A stretch of 64,000 nucleotides of DNA, from assembly GCA_041946965.1 (NCBI GenBank), contig JBHGBM010000017.1, positions 8,534 to 72,533 on the forward strand, given 5' to 3'. This document shows, in pieces, positions 44,094 to 53,644 of this stretch. Each line of letters opens with the position of its first letter. The stretch's first letter is position 1. A program made the position numbers and the translations under genes. This DNA comes from Bryobacteraceae bacterium (GTDB taxonomy: Bacteria > Acidobacteriota > Terriglobia > Bryobacterales > Bryobacteraceae). The notes below the pieces were generated by a model. That model searched no databases. It was not told the DNA's origin and saw only the letters and a program-made list of their open reading frames with translations.

Positions 44094-46620
44094 AACCACA
44101 CGGCGCGCCCTCCCATGGGTCTTTGTACTCTGCGGCCTGCCCGGCGCCGCGCAGGGGCCGGAAAGCATCAGCCGCATGCTGGCGCCGGTCTACCCCCCGC
44201 TTGCCGAACAGATCGTGAGCGATTTCGAGTTGACACAGAAGCAGGGGACGGGCATCGATCTCGGCGGCGGTCCGGGCGACCTCATCATCGAGCTGTGCAA
44301 AAGAACCAAATGGATGCACTGGGTCAACGCCGATGTTGACTCCAGGGTGTTTCCGGGATTCCTGCAAAGGGCGGAGGAGGCCGGATTCAAGGGACGGGTC
44401 AGCGCCATGCTGGCCGATGCCCACGCTCTTCCCTTCCACGACGCCTTCGCCGAGTTCGTCGTTTCCAGGGGATCTTACCCGTTCTGGAAAAACAAGCGGA
44501 AGGCCTTCGGCGAGATCTACCGGGTGCTCAAACCGGGCGGGATCGCTTTCATAGGGCGGGGATTTTCGGCAAACCTTCCTCTCGAGGTGGCGCGCCAGGT
44601 CAGGGACCGGCAGAAGCGGAGCGGAAAGGAGCAGGTCTACGACCTGGATAAGGCCGCGGAGGAACTCACCGCCATCATGCGGTCGCTGGAGATTGAGGAC
44701 TACAGGATCCGCATCCCCAGACGGGGCGAGGTCAATTACGGAATTTGGGTGGAGTTCCGGAAGCCGGCCAGGGGCAGGACGCCTCCCTCGCTGCTGGAGA
44801 GACCCAACCGTGAATCGGCCGGGCTGGAGCTTTCCACCACGGTGGTGGAGAAGTCCGAAATCGAGGAGCAGGGCGCCAAGACGCTGGTGGACGCGCTCCA
44901 GTTCGTGCCGGGCGCGTGGACCGAATCCCGCGGGCGAAAGGTCAAGCAGTTCGTGTCCTTCCGCGGCCAGAAGTACCCGTACCCGGAGTATGCCATCGAC
45001 GGCGTCCTCTTCCGGGAGTTTCACGAGGTTCCGTACTTCCTCTCCTCCGCCGAAATGGAACGCGTCGAGGTGATGCGCTCCGGCGCGGCCATGCTCTCCG
45101 GCAATGCCGGGCTGGTGGGGCTCATCAACGTGGTTCCCAGAGAGTACCGCGAACGGGAAACCTCGGTGAAGCTGGAGTACGGCAGTCTGGGCTCCGCTCA
45201 TGCGCGTGTTTCTCACGGCGGCCGCGCGGGAGGCTTTTCCTACGGCCTGGGCGTGGATGCGTACCGCACGGACGGTCCGGAGGGCCGGCACGGAGAGGAG
45301 CGCCTGGCGAACTACTACGCCGGCTTGAACTGGAAACCGTCCGATGCGCTGTCTTTCTCGACGCACCTGTTCCACATCGGCGGGCGCAGGAGCATGGTGC
45401 AGGCGCTTCCGCCCGCCACCCGCAGGCTCCAAACGGCGTTAGAGGCGTTCGATCCCGTCCGGAACAGCTTCGGCACGCTGAGCGCCCTGTACCGGCCCAA
45501 TGAGCGGCTGTCCACGCAACTGCGGCTCGGCTACAGCGACCGCCACAACGTCGCCCTCGCCACAACCGGGACCCTGACAACCTCCACGCGCGATTGGGAC
45601 CGCGAACTGACCGCCGGCGCGCTCCAGTCGATCGCCCTGACCGGCAGCAACGTGATGAGGGCTGGCGCCAATTACAACCACTGGATCGCGCCGTACGGCA
45701 AGAGGTTTTACACCGGCCGGCGCTGCGACCTGGAAACCTACTCGCTCGCGGTTACCGACGAGCAGCGCGTGGGGGCTCTCACCCTCGACGGTGGACTGCG
45801 TTATCACAGGACCTACATCAACGAATACGGCGCGTTCAACATCGACGAAAACGCCAACCCCTATCGCAACGTTCCGGCCGCCGTCAACGTGTGGGAGCCC
45901 CCGGCGTGGTCGGGGAACCTGGGCGCTGCGTATTCCCTCAGCGGCAGCCTCTCCCTGGTCGGAAACCTCGCCGGCGGGACCGTGGAGCCGCGGCGGGGCA
46001 CGCTGAATGCGGCCCTGGAGCCGCCCGGCAGCGAGCGGCGTTTGATGGCGGACCTGGGTTTCCGGCTCTCCGCCGCGCGCCTTGGCGCCGGAACCCTCTC
46101 GGGGTTCTTCGTGCAACGCAAGAACGGGATCGTTCTGAACGGCGGAATCAAGACCGTCAACGGGCGCCTGATGGAGTTGTACGAGAACCGCGACCAGGAC
46201 TCGAAGGGCGTGGAACTCGATCTTCGCTCGCGCCGGTTCGGGAACAGTCTCCAGGTGTTCCTCAACGTCACGGTGATGTCCGGACGGATCGAAAGCGGCG
46301 GCGCGATGCGGCGCGATCGCGAGATGCCTCGCGCCATCGCCGGCGGCGGCGTCTCCGCCTCCAGGTGGGGTTTCGACGGGAGCCTCTTCTGGAAATCCAT
46401 CTCCTCGTACGAAAGCCTGCGGTTCGCCGAGCCTGCCGTCTATCAGCCGCTTGGCGGTTTCAGCGCCTTCGACCTGGTCCTGGCGCGGCGCATCGGAATG
46501 CGCAAGCAGACCCGCCTGTACGCCGAGGTAAGGAACGTGGCGGACAATGCCTACTCGACGGTCGTGGGCTACCCGGACTACGGGCGTCGTGCCATGATCG
46601 GCATGGAACACAAGTTCTAA
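44083..46620 (+). CDS. Fusion protein: signal peptide + class I SAM-methyltransferase-like domain + TonB-dependent receptor (plug and barrel)
   Basis: TTG 44083 overlaps the upstream gene by 11 nt. GIDLGGGPGDL...LADAHALPFHDAFAEFVVSRG...EIYRVLKPGGIAFI is Methyltransf_11-like. GAKTLVDALQFVPGAW...ERVEVMRSGAAMLSGNAGLVGLINVV is plug-like. The C-terminus ends ...GMEHKF. Confidence 0.7.
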   Translation: MRTRTTRRALPWVFVLCGLPGAAQGPESISRMLAPVYPPLAEQIVSDFELTQKQGTGIDLGGGPGDLIIELCKRTKWMHWVNADVDSRVFPGFLQRAEEAGFKGRVSAMLADAHALPFHDAFAEFVVSRGSYPFWKNKRKAFGEIYRVLKPGGIAFIGRGFSANLPLEVARQVRDRQKRSGKEQVYDLDKAAEELTAIMRSLEIEDYRIRIPRRGEVNYGIWVEFRKPARGRTPPSLLERPNRESAGLELSTTVVEKSEIEEQGAKTLVDALQFVPGAWTESRGRKVKQFVSFRGQKYPYPEYAIDGVLFREFHEVPYFLSSAEMERVEVMRSGAAMLSGNAGLVGLINVVPREYRERETSVKLEYGSLGSAHARVSHGGRAGGFSYGLGVDAYRTDGPEGRHGEERLANYYAGLNWKPSDALSFSTHLFHIGGRRSMVQALPPATRRLQTALEAFDPVRNSFGTLSALYRPNERLSTQLRLGYSDRHNVALATTGTLTTSTRDWDRELTAGALQSIALTGSNVMRAGANYNHWIAPYGKRFYTGRRCDLETYSLAVTDEQRVGALTLDGGLRYHRTYINEYGAFNIDENANPYRNVPAAVNVWEPPAWSGNLGAAYSLSGSLSLVGNLAGGTVEPRRGTLNAALEPPGSERRLMADLGFRLSAARLGAGTLSGFFVQRKNGIVLNGGIKTVNGRLMELYENRDQDSKGVELDLRSRRFGNSLQVFLNVTVMSGRIESGGAMRRDREMPRAIAGGGVSASRWGFDGSLFWKSISSYESLRFAEPAVYQPLGGFSAFDLVLARRIGMRKQTRLYAEVRNVADNAYSTVVGYPDYGRRAMIGMEHKF

Positions 46621-46678
46621 ACGCCACTGTATTAATCCCGTATTCCTCCGGTGCAAACCCGATAACCTTCGACAAGGC

Positions 46679-46707
46679 TTGAAACGGAACTCAAAATCGC
46701 GCACAAT
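46679..46707 (+). promoter_or_regulatory. Putative sigma70-type promoter TTGAAA-17-CACAAT upstream of the DksA/TraR-like gene
   Basis: TTGAAA at 46679-46684, a 17-nt spacer, and CACAAT at 46702-46707, located 38 nt upstream of ATG 46745. Confidence 0.35.
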
Positions 46708-46744
46708 GCCGTTCTGAGATTCCCGCGTTGAAAGGAGGAGAACC

Positions 46745-47134
46745 ATGGGCCGGACTGAATTCAGGCGCTACAAGGCGATGCTCGAAGCCAAGCAGGCGGA
46801 GCTTGCCGCCGATCTCCTTCATCGCGAAGAGATCGCGATCGAAAACGCCGCGGATGCGCTGGACCAGGTACAACTCGCGGGCGCGCGCGAGCTGGCCATT
46901 CGCAACCTGCACCGGGAATCCGTTCTCTTGCGCAACATCCGCCTGGCGCTGGCGCGGCTGGAGGATGACAGCTACGGCGTGTGCCTGCGCTGCGAGTGCG
47001 AGATCAACGCCAAGAGGCTGAATGCCGTGCCGTGGACCCCCTACTGCATCCGCTGCCAGGAAGCCGCCGATCGGGACGAGTTCGACAGCGATTCCCGGGA
47101 TATCGCCTCGGAGTTGCTGTTCCGCGCCGCCTGA
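46745..47134 (+). CDS. DksA/TraR-family C4 zinc-finger protein
   Basis: ATG 46745 has AAGGAGGAG upstream. A coiled-coil N-terminus is followed by YGVCLRCECEINAKRLNAVPWTPYCIRCQ (CxxC-N17-CxxC). Confidence 0.85.
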   Translation: MGRTEFRRYKAMLEAKQAELAADLLHREEIAIENAADALDQVQLAGARELAIRNLHRESVLLRNIRLALARLEDDSYGVCLRCECEINAKRLNAVPWTPYCIRCQEAADRDEFDSDSRDIASELLFRAA

Positions 47135-47245
47135 GTTCTTCCCTCCTCGCGTTTGCGCCCGGCCCGCTGAACGAACAGCGTGGTGAAATAGCAAGAGCCA
47201 CCGATGTGCGCGGATGTGCGTCCGTGGCCAAAACAAGAGGAAACC

Positions 47246-48748
47246 ATGAAGCGGATTCTGACGTTCCTGACCTTCTCGACCCTGGCGGCGGCCCAGACCA
47301 GGCCGCTCGTGCTCAGCCGGTCCGAATACGAGGGCCGCGTCCACGGGGCCTGGATGGGCCAGGTCATCGGCACGCTGGCCGGTCTGCCGTTCGAGGGCAG
47401 GCCGGCCTCCAGCCCGCTGGTCCGGGTGGAGACTTTCAACAAACCCTACCAGTCCGCGCCCATTGACGACGACTACTACTACGAGTATCTGGCGCTGCTC
47501 GGGTTTGAGAAGTACGGCATTGGCATGACCGCCGATCAACTCGGCCAGGTGTGGAAGGAGCACGGCGCGGGCGCGTTCGGCTCCAGCAACGAGGCCCGCA
47601 TTCAACTGGCGAAGGGCGTGCCGGGCAGCCAGTCCGGTCACCCACGTTACAACCGCTACTGGTGGACTATCGGGCCGCAGTTCAGCGCCGATATCTACGG
47701 TATGATCGCTCCGGGCGATCCCAATCTGGCCGGCCGGCTGGCTCGCACATATGGTCACGTCAACGGTTACGCGGAGGGAGCGGACGGAGCGGTGTTCATC
47801 GCCGGGATGGTCAGCCTGGCTTTTCGCGAGAGCGATCCGAAGGCGGTGGTGCGCCAGGCCGCGCGCCTGATCCACCCCGCTTCCCCCTACCGCCAGTGCC
47901 TCGACATGGTGATTTCCATGGCGGAGAAGGGCGCCCCTCCCGAAAAGGTTTTCCGCGCCGTGGAAGACCGCTGGCGCCGCCAGTACGACCGCGTGAACAA
48001 CGGCGTCGCCAACGGCGGACTGGTGGCCGCCAGCGTCTGGTTCGGCGGGGGCGACTACCTCGAAACGGTCAACCTCGCCTTCCGTGCGGCCGACTTCTCC
48101 GACGCCGACTGCAACGCCGCCAACGCCGGGGCGGTCGCCGGCGCCCTGAAGGGGATCAAGGCGCTCCCGGCGGCCCTGGCCGACCCCCTTCACGACCGCA
48201 TTACGGGCGCGAGAATGGGCCGGCTGGAATTGAAGTTCCCGGTGGACGAGAGCATCTCCGGCATTGCCCGCCGGGTGGCCGCCGTCGGACTCAAGATGCT
48301 CGCCGCCCACAACGCCAGGGTGTCCGATGCGGGCATCACGGTTCCCTATCGCGCGATCGCGACGCAGCCGGCGGAGTTGTTCCAGGCGGCGGACTACATG
48401 CAGTACTGGAATCCCGACTGGAAACTCGAGCGCGCCGCGATCGGCGAAACCTACCTCGACGGCGACGTGCTGATCACCGGCCCTGCCGCCGAAAGCAGCG
48501 GCGTGCTGCTGCGCCGCCGCGCAAAACTCGGCCCCAATCCCGGCCTGGAGATCGAAGCCGGCGCCGGCGAGAGCCGCGGATGGCTGCTTGAGGCCACCGT
48601 CAACAACGAGAAGATCCTGGAGCGGCGCATCGAGGGTCCGGGCGTGAAGATCGAAGCGGATCTCTCCCGCTTCAGCGGGCAGGAGGTCGAGCTTCGCCTC
48701 TTCCAGCGCGGTCCGTCCGCGCGTTGGAAGGGCATCCGGCTGCGATAG
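47246..48748 (+). CDS. ADP-ribosylglycohydrolase family protein (secreted)
   Basis: ATG 47246 begins the signal peptide MKRILTFLTFSTLAAAQ. GAWMGQVIGTLAGLPFEG...DDDYYYEY...ADGAVFIAGMVS is the family pattern. Confidence 0.7.
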   Translation: MKRILTFLTFSTLAAAQTRPLVLSRSEYEGRVHGAWMGQVIGTLAGLPFEGRPASSPLVRVETFNKPYQSAPIDDDYYYEYLALLGFEKYGIGMTADQLGQVWKEHGAGAFGSSNEARIQLAKGVPGSQSGHPRYNRYWWTIGPQFSADIYGMIAPGDPNLAGRLARTYGHVNGYAEGADGAVFIAGMVSLAFRESDPKAVVRQAARLIHPASPYRQCLDMVISMAEKGAPPEKVFRAVEDRWRRQYDRVNNGVANGGLVAASVWFGGGDYLETVNLAFRAADFSDADCNAANAGAVAGALKGIKALPAALADPLHDRITGARMGRLELKFPVDESISGIARRVAAVGLKMLAAHNARVSDAGITVPYRAIATQPAELFQAADYMQYWNPDWKLERAAIGETYLDGDVLITGPAAESSGVLLRRRAKLGPNPGLEIEAGAGESRGWLLEATVNNEKILERRIEGPGVKIEADLSRFSGQEVELRLFQRGPSARWKGIRLR

Positions 48749-48751
48749 CGC

Positions 48752-50653
48752 TCAGCCCGCCAGTTCCACGCTGCTCAGCGTCACCACCGCGCCGGGTTCC
48801 ACGGTGACGGTCCCGGCCGGGGCCGGGCGGACCGCATTCTCCTCCTGCGGGCTGGCGGTTTCCAGATACTTGAAAGCCGCGCCGGGCCACAAGACGCTGA
48901 CGCGCCGCGGAGCCGTGCCGCAGTTCAGCAGGATGAGCGTCCTCGCCCCGCCCGCGCCTTCAAAAGCGGCGGTCAGAACATCGGGATCGGAGGCCGAAGC
49001 TTCCACGCGCGTCATGCCCTCGCGCACGCGACGGCTGAAGGCGCCGAAGACGCGCAACTGGTGGCTGGTCGCAGCGGGCACGAATCCGTGCTCGGCGTCG
49101 GGAACCATCAGAGTGCGGGTCCAGCCGTAGGAGGGCTGCTCCACGTTGAGCAGCGTCCAGCAGTACATGATGCCGCAGGCGTCCAGCAGCGTGAGGTTCT
49201 TGTGGTAGAGCTGCCCCATGGCGAACGCGATGCGGTAGCTGCGCGCCTGGAACTGGTCCGAGTTCACGGAAAGCTCGGTGGAGAGGAAAGGCTTTTCGCC
49301 GGTCACGGCCTTGAACTGGCGGATCACGGCGTCGAAACCGTCCGGGTCGAAGAAGAACCGCTGGTAGTCGTACATGTTCGAGGCGGCGTAGTCGATGGCC
49401 TTCCAGACCTCGGGCCGTTCGGTGAAGGCTTTGGCGCTGGCGATGCCGCCGGCCAGACTGCCGGAGTTCTGCATGTGGATCTTGACGCCGCCGAAACCGG
49501 CATTGTCGAGCGCCTTGCGCAACCCCAGAGCCATCTCCTGCCATACCGGCCCCGGTTGCGTCACTTCGTTCTGAATGCCGACGATGTCCGGCGGCGCGCC
49601 CGCCTTATCGCGCGAAACCTGGCAGTAGCGCACCATGGCCCTGGTGTAAGGCTCGATGTCGGCGACGCCCTGGTGCAGCTTCCCCGCGGCGTCGCGCCAG
49701 TCGCGTCTGGCCCATTCCGGAAGCTGCCAGAATTCGAAGATGACCTTGCCGCCAATGCGCCGGACCTCGCGGAGGTATTCGAAATCGCTGATCTCGCCGT
49801 TGGCGAAGTTGTCGCCGTAGTAGTGCGGAACCGAGTCCGCCAGCCGGTCCCAGTTGTCCATGGCGCGATTCAGACGCGCTCCGATCGGGTATTCGCGGTG
49901 AAGCAGCAGGTTGTACTCCCGGATCTTCCGCCACCACGCGCGTTTCCCCTCGGCGCTGAGCTGATGGTAGGCGTTGGGAATGGCGATGCCGCCGAAGCCC
50001 ATCATGCGCTGCCGCCGCGCGGCGGCGTTCACCGTGACCCGCGCCTGTTGAACGGAGGACGGCAGAAGCCGCCCGCGCGCCACGCCCGTGGCGCCGGTGA
50101 ACGCCAGTTGGTGCCGGTTGACGTCGATAAGGCAGTTCTGGTGCAGCGTGTCCTTCCCGTTCAACAGGACGGTGACACCCATGCGGTAGTCCACCCTCAC
50201 AGTGATGGCGCGCGGCGGGCCGCCGTACTCGGCGCTCGATTCCTCCCACAACCCCTCGGGATGCCGGGTAGGCCGGGTCTGCGCGGGCGGCGCTTTCCGC
50301 AAGCCCGGCGAGTCATAGTAGCGCTGCACCAGGCGCACCCGCGAGGGCCCCACTTCCACCGTGAAGCCCCCGTCGGGTCCGGTGAAGATCCATTCCAGGC
50401 GGTGGCCGGCGCCGAACTCGTCGATCGCCAGCGTTCGTTCAAACAGCGCCGGGAGAACCTCCGCAAAATACTTGCGCGGGATGCCCGGGACGCGCCAACT
50501 GACGCGCCCGGCCGGCTCCGGCGCGCCATCGAACCGGAACTCGTCGCCGCCCGCCGGCGCCGGCCGGGGCGACAGGCCGCCTGGCTGCGCCTGGGCAAAC
50601 AAAGTCAACAGCGCGGCAATCGCCGCGGGCCCGATCTTGCCGGTCATAATCAC
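48752..50653 (-). CDS. Glycoside hydrolase family 30-like (glucosylceramidase/xylanase-type) secreted protein
   Basis: It has a signal peptide, a (b/a)8-like core (GFGGIAIPNAY...IVGIQNEVT...LSTELS) and a C-terminal beta domain. The start is GTG 50653 (overlapping the ptsH stop) or ATG 50647. Confidence 0.5.
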   Translation of the reverse strand: MIMTGKIGPAAIAALLTLFAQAQPGGLSPRPAPAGGDEFRFDGAPEPAGRVSWRVPGIPRKYFAEVLPALFERTLAIDEFGAGHRLEWIFTGPDGGFTVEVGPSRVRLVQRYYDSPGLRKAPPAQTRPTRHPEGLWEESSAEYGGPPRAITVRVDYRMGVTVLLNGKDTLHQNCLIDVNRHQLAFTGATGVARGRLLPSSVQQARVTVNAAARRQRMMGFGGIAIPNAYHQLSAEGKRAWWRKIREYNLLLHREYPIGARLNRAMDNWDRLADSVPHYYGDNFANGEISDFEYLREVRRIGGKVIFEFWQLPEWARRDWRDAAGKLHQGVADIEPYTRAMVRYCQVSRDKAGAPPDIVGIQNEVTQPGPVWQEMALGLRKALDNAGFGGVKIHMQNSGSLAGGIASAKAFTERPEVWKAIDYAASNMYDYQRFFFDPDGFDAVIRQFKAVTGEKPFLSTELSVNSDQFQARSYRIAFAMGQLYHKNLTLLDACGIMYCWTLLNVEQPSYGWTRTLMVPDAEHGFVPAATSHQLRVFGAFSRRVREGMTRVEASASDPDVLTAAFEGAGGARTLILLNCGTAPRRVSVLWPGAAFKYLETASPQEENAVRPAPAGTVTVEPGAVVTLSSVELAG

Positions 50654-50913
50654 TCCCCGAACCGGGCCGCAACGAGCGCCGCAAGCGCCTCGACCGCTTC
50701 GCTCTCGTCGCCGCCCTCAGCTTCGACGGTAATCTCCGTTCCGGCCGTCACGCCGAGAAGCATCAGGCCGAGCACGCTTTTGCCGTCCGAACGTTTGTTT
50801 CCGTTTCTCACCGTGATGGTGGAGCGGTACTTCGAGGCCGTCTCGGCGAACAACCCCGCGGGCCGGGCGTGAAAGCCGGTCCGGTTTTGAATGACGAGAG
50901 TGCGGGAGAACAT
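50650..50913 (-). CDS. ptsH: Phosphocarrier protein HPr
   Basis: The sequence contains RTGFHARPA (His15 site) and GKSVLGLMLLG (Ser46 region). The protein is 87 aa. Confidence 0.9.
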   Translation of the reverse strand: MFSRTLVIQNRTGFHARPAGLFAETASKYRSTITVRNGNKRSDGKSVLGLMLLGVTAGTEITVEAEGGDESEAVEALAALVAARFGE

Positions 50914-52590
50914 TTATGCCGGCTCCGGGGCGGGAAGGCGTGCGGCGCGCTCCCGCAGGCATCGTTCGATTTCCCGGGCGCTTGCGAGCGCGAGCAACTC
51001 CCGCGCCAGCCGCGCCGCATCGTCGCGGCGCACGCGCCGGATGGCATCCTTCACGGCGGGAATCGCCGCCGGCGTCATGCTCAATTCGTCCACTCCCATG
51101 CCGGTGAAGAGCACCGCCGCATCCGGGTCCGCCGCCATCTCGCCGCAGACCGCCGCCGGCTTGCCTTCGCGGCGGGCCGCATCGCACACCGCTGCCACCA
51201 GGCGCAGCACCGCGGGGTGGAAGGGTTGATACCACCGCGCCGCCCGTTGACTGAGGCGGTCCGCCGCGAGCACGTATTGCACCAGGTCGTTGGTGCCGAT
51301 GCTCAGGAAATCCGCCTCGCGGGCGAGATCTCCGGCCATGATGGCGGCGGCGGGCGTCTCCACCATCACGCCGAGCGGCAGCCGCGCACCGAGCAGCGCC
51401 CTCGCCTCGCGCACCTCCGCGAGGTCCGTGATCATCGGGAGCAGAACGGCCACGTTCCCACACTCCGCAGCCCGCGCGATGGCCCGCAACTGGGCCGCAA
51501 GCATGGGCCTGTACTCCAGGCACAGCCGGATGCCGCGCAGCCCCAGGGCGGGATTCTCCTCGGCCGGAACCTCACAATAGGGAAGGTTCTTATCGCCGCC
51601 CAGGTCGAGCGTGCGGATGACCACGCGGCGGGGCGCCATGGCCGCCACGATCTCGCGGTAGGCCTCGAACTGCTCTTGCTCCGAAGGCATTTCGGCGCGG
51701 CCCAGGAACAGGAACTCCGTGCGCAGAACGCCCACGCTCTCCGCGCCGGCGGCGAGCGCGGCGGGCACGTCGCCCGGAGCGGCGATATTCGCGGCGAGCT
51801 CGACCCGGCGGCCATCCAACGTGACTGCCGGCAGGTTCCGCAGCCGCGCGGAACGCTCGCGCGCCGCCGCTTCCCGGCTCTGGCGCAGGCGGTACTCCTC
51901 CAGCGTGCCGGCCTCGGGGTTGATCACCACCTCTCCCCGCCCGCCGTCTACAACCACGGTGTCGCCCTCGCGCACTCGCGCCAGAATATCTGGCACGCCC
52001 ATGACCGCGGCGATTCCCAGCGCGCGGGCGAGGATGGCCGCGTGTCCGGTGGCTCCACCCTTCGCGGTCACGATCGCCGCGGCTTCCGCCGTCACGCCGG
52101 AGGGCGTCACTTCGGCGCAGATCAGAATTCCCGCCGCGCACTCCCGCGGCTCCGCCGGCGGCGACAGGTTGCGCAGCACGCGCTGCCCGATATCTTTCAG
52201 GTCCACCGCCCGCTCCTGAAAGACGGGATCGCCCAATGCCTCAAACTGCCGGGCGAGTTCGTCTACGGCCTGCTGCACGGCCCGTTCGGCGCGGCAGGCT
52301 TCGCGCTCGACCGCGGAGCGGAACGCGCCCAGCAGCAGCGCGTCGTCCAGCATTTGCGCGTGCACGCGGAAAATCGCGGCTTCCCTCTCCCCCGCCTTGC
52401 ACCGGATCGACCCGGCGATCTCGCGCAGTTGGACTCTGGAGAGCTCGAGCGCCCTGTCGAGACGCGCGAGTTCCACGACGGGGCTCGCCGGTTGCGTGTC
52501 GCCCACGGGCACGTACCCGGCCGCGCGGACCCGCGCCTTCCCGATGGCGATCCCCGGTGCGGCGGCTGCGCCCCTGAGCATCATCTCCAC
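50914..52590 (-). CDS. ptsI: Phosphoenolpyruvate-protein phosphotransferase (PTS enzyme I), no GAF domain
   Basis: GIAIGKA is at the N-terminus, TAKGGATGHAAILARALGIAAV carries the phospho-His, and a C-terminal PEP-utilising domain contains SIGTNDLVQY. The stop abuts the ptsH start. Confidence 0.9.
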   Translation of the reverse strand: MEMMLRGAAAAPGIAIGKARVRAAGYVPVGDTQPASPVVELARLDRALELSRVQLREIAGSIRCKAGEREAAIFRVHAQMLDDALLLGAFRSAVEREACRAERAVQQAVDELARQFEALGDPVFQERAVDLKDIGQRVLRNLSPPAEPRECAAGILICAEVTPSGVTAEAAAIVTAKGGATGHAAILARALGIAAVMGVPDILARVREGDTVVVDGGRGEVVINPEAGTLEEYRLRQSREAAARERSARLRNLPAVTLDGRRVELAANIAAPGDVPAALAAGAESVGVLRTEFLFLGRAEMPSEQEQFEAYREIVAAMAPRRVVIRTLDLGGDKNLPYCEVPAEENPALGLRGIRLCLEYRPMLAAQLRAIARAAECGNVAVLLPMITDLAEVREARALLGARLPLGVMVETPAAAIMAGDLAREADFLSIGTNDLVQYVLAADRLSQRAARWYQPFHPAVLRLVAAVCDAARREGKPAAVCGEMAADPDAAVLFTGMGVDELSMTPAAIPAVKDAIRRVRRDDAARLARELLALASAREIERCLRERAARLPAPEPA

Positions 52591-52591
52591 G

Positions 52592-53644
52592 CTACGCGCC
52601 TCCGTTTGCGGGCCGCACCACCACCTTCAGCACCTTGCCCCCGGCGGCTGCCTGCATCCCTTCCACGATCTTTTCGAGCGGCACGGTGAGGCCGAGCAGG
52701 GCGGACGCGTGAATGCGCCCGGCGGCCAGCAACGCCAGAGCCATGCCGTTGTGCCGCGGTTTCGAGCCGTAAGCGCCCACCACCGTAAGCTCCCGGTAAT
52801 GGACCAGGTTGGAGTTGAACGAAATGCACGGGCTGTTCTTGGGCAGGCCGCCGAAGAAACTGATCCGGCCTTGGCGTGCCGCCAGCGCGAGCGCGTCTTC
52901 CTGGGCTTTAGCCGAGGGCGCCGCCACGATGACCACGGAGGCCCCGGCGCCGTCCGTCTCTTCGAGCACGCGCCGCCGCAGTTCCTCGCGCCCCGCATCG
53001 ATCAGCGCATCGGGGGCGAACGCGGCGGCCAGCTTCAGCCGGCCCGGCTGCACGTCGGCGAGCATCACTTTGCGGGCGCCGCGAATCCTGGCAAGGTCGG
53101 CGTGCATGCATCCGAGCGGGCCCGCGCCGATAATGGCGACGACGTCATCCAACCCTACCGCGAGCAACTCCTGCCCGTTGATGGCGCAGGCCAACGGCTC
53201 GGCGAGGGTGGCCTCCTCGAAGGAAAGGTTGTCCGGAATGAAGTTCACACAGCCGGCCTGGATGGCGGACTCTGGAATCACCATGCACTCGGCGAATCCG
53301 CCGTCGAACTGGTAGCCGATGGAGCGGAGATTGTCGCACATGGTCTGAATGCCGCGCCGGCAGTAGGGGCATTCGCCGCAGGGCACCGCCGGCGCCACGG
53401 CCACCCGCTGGCCCGGCGTCCAACCACGTACTTCGCGACCCGCCTCGACAATCGTGCCGGTGACTTCGTGTCCCGTGACGACCGGTCCGGTGATGTTGCT
53501 TGCGCCGAAGCGGAAGGTGCGCACGTCGCTGCCGCAGATCGCGCAGGCCGCCACCTTCAGCAGCATCTCGCGCGGCGAGACGGCGGGAACCGCGCGCTCC
53601 TCTATGCGCAGGTCGTTAGGGCCATAGAACACAGCGGCTTTCAC
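52592..53644 (-). CDS. Zinc-dependent medium-chain alcohol/polyol dehydrogenase (sorbitol/threonine-DH-like)
   Basis: GTG 53644 (VKAAVFYG...) overlaps the EIIA stop (GTGA). CAICGSDV, GHEVTG, CGECPYCRRG (structural Zn) and the Rossmann motif IIGAGPLG are present. Confidence 0.85.
   Translation of the reverse strand: MKAAVFYGPNDLRIEERAVPAVSPREMLLKVAACAICGSDVRTFRFGASNITGPVVTGHEVTGTIVEAGREVRGWTPGQRVAVAPAVPCGECPYCRRGIQTMCDNLRSIGYQFDGGFAECMVIPESAIQAGCVNFIPDNLSFEEATLAEPLACAINGQELLAVGLDDVVAIIGAGPLGCMHADLARIRGARKVMLADVQPGRLKLAAAFAPDALIDAGREELRRRVLEETDGAGASVVIVAAPSAKAQEDALALAARQGRISFFGGLPKNSPCISFNSNLVHYRELTVVGAYGSKPRHNGMALALLAAGRIHASALLGLTVPLEKIVEGMQAAAGGKVLKVVVRPANGGA

Noticed and set aside
40356-48310. 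ORFs 40356..41651(-), 41829..44177(-), 44077..45432(-), 45439..46746(-) and 46691..48310(-)
   Set aside because: They are antisense to the propeller protein, the MTase-TBDR fusion, the DksA-like gene and the ADP-ribosylglycohydrolase gene, so they are shadow ORFs.
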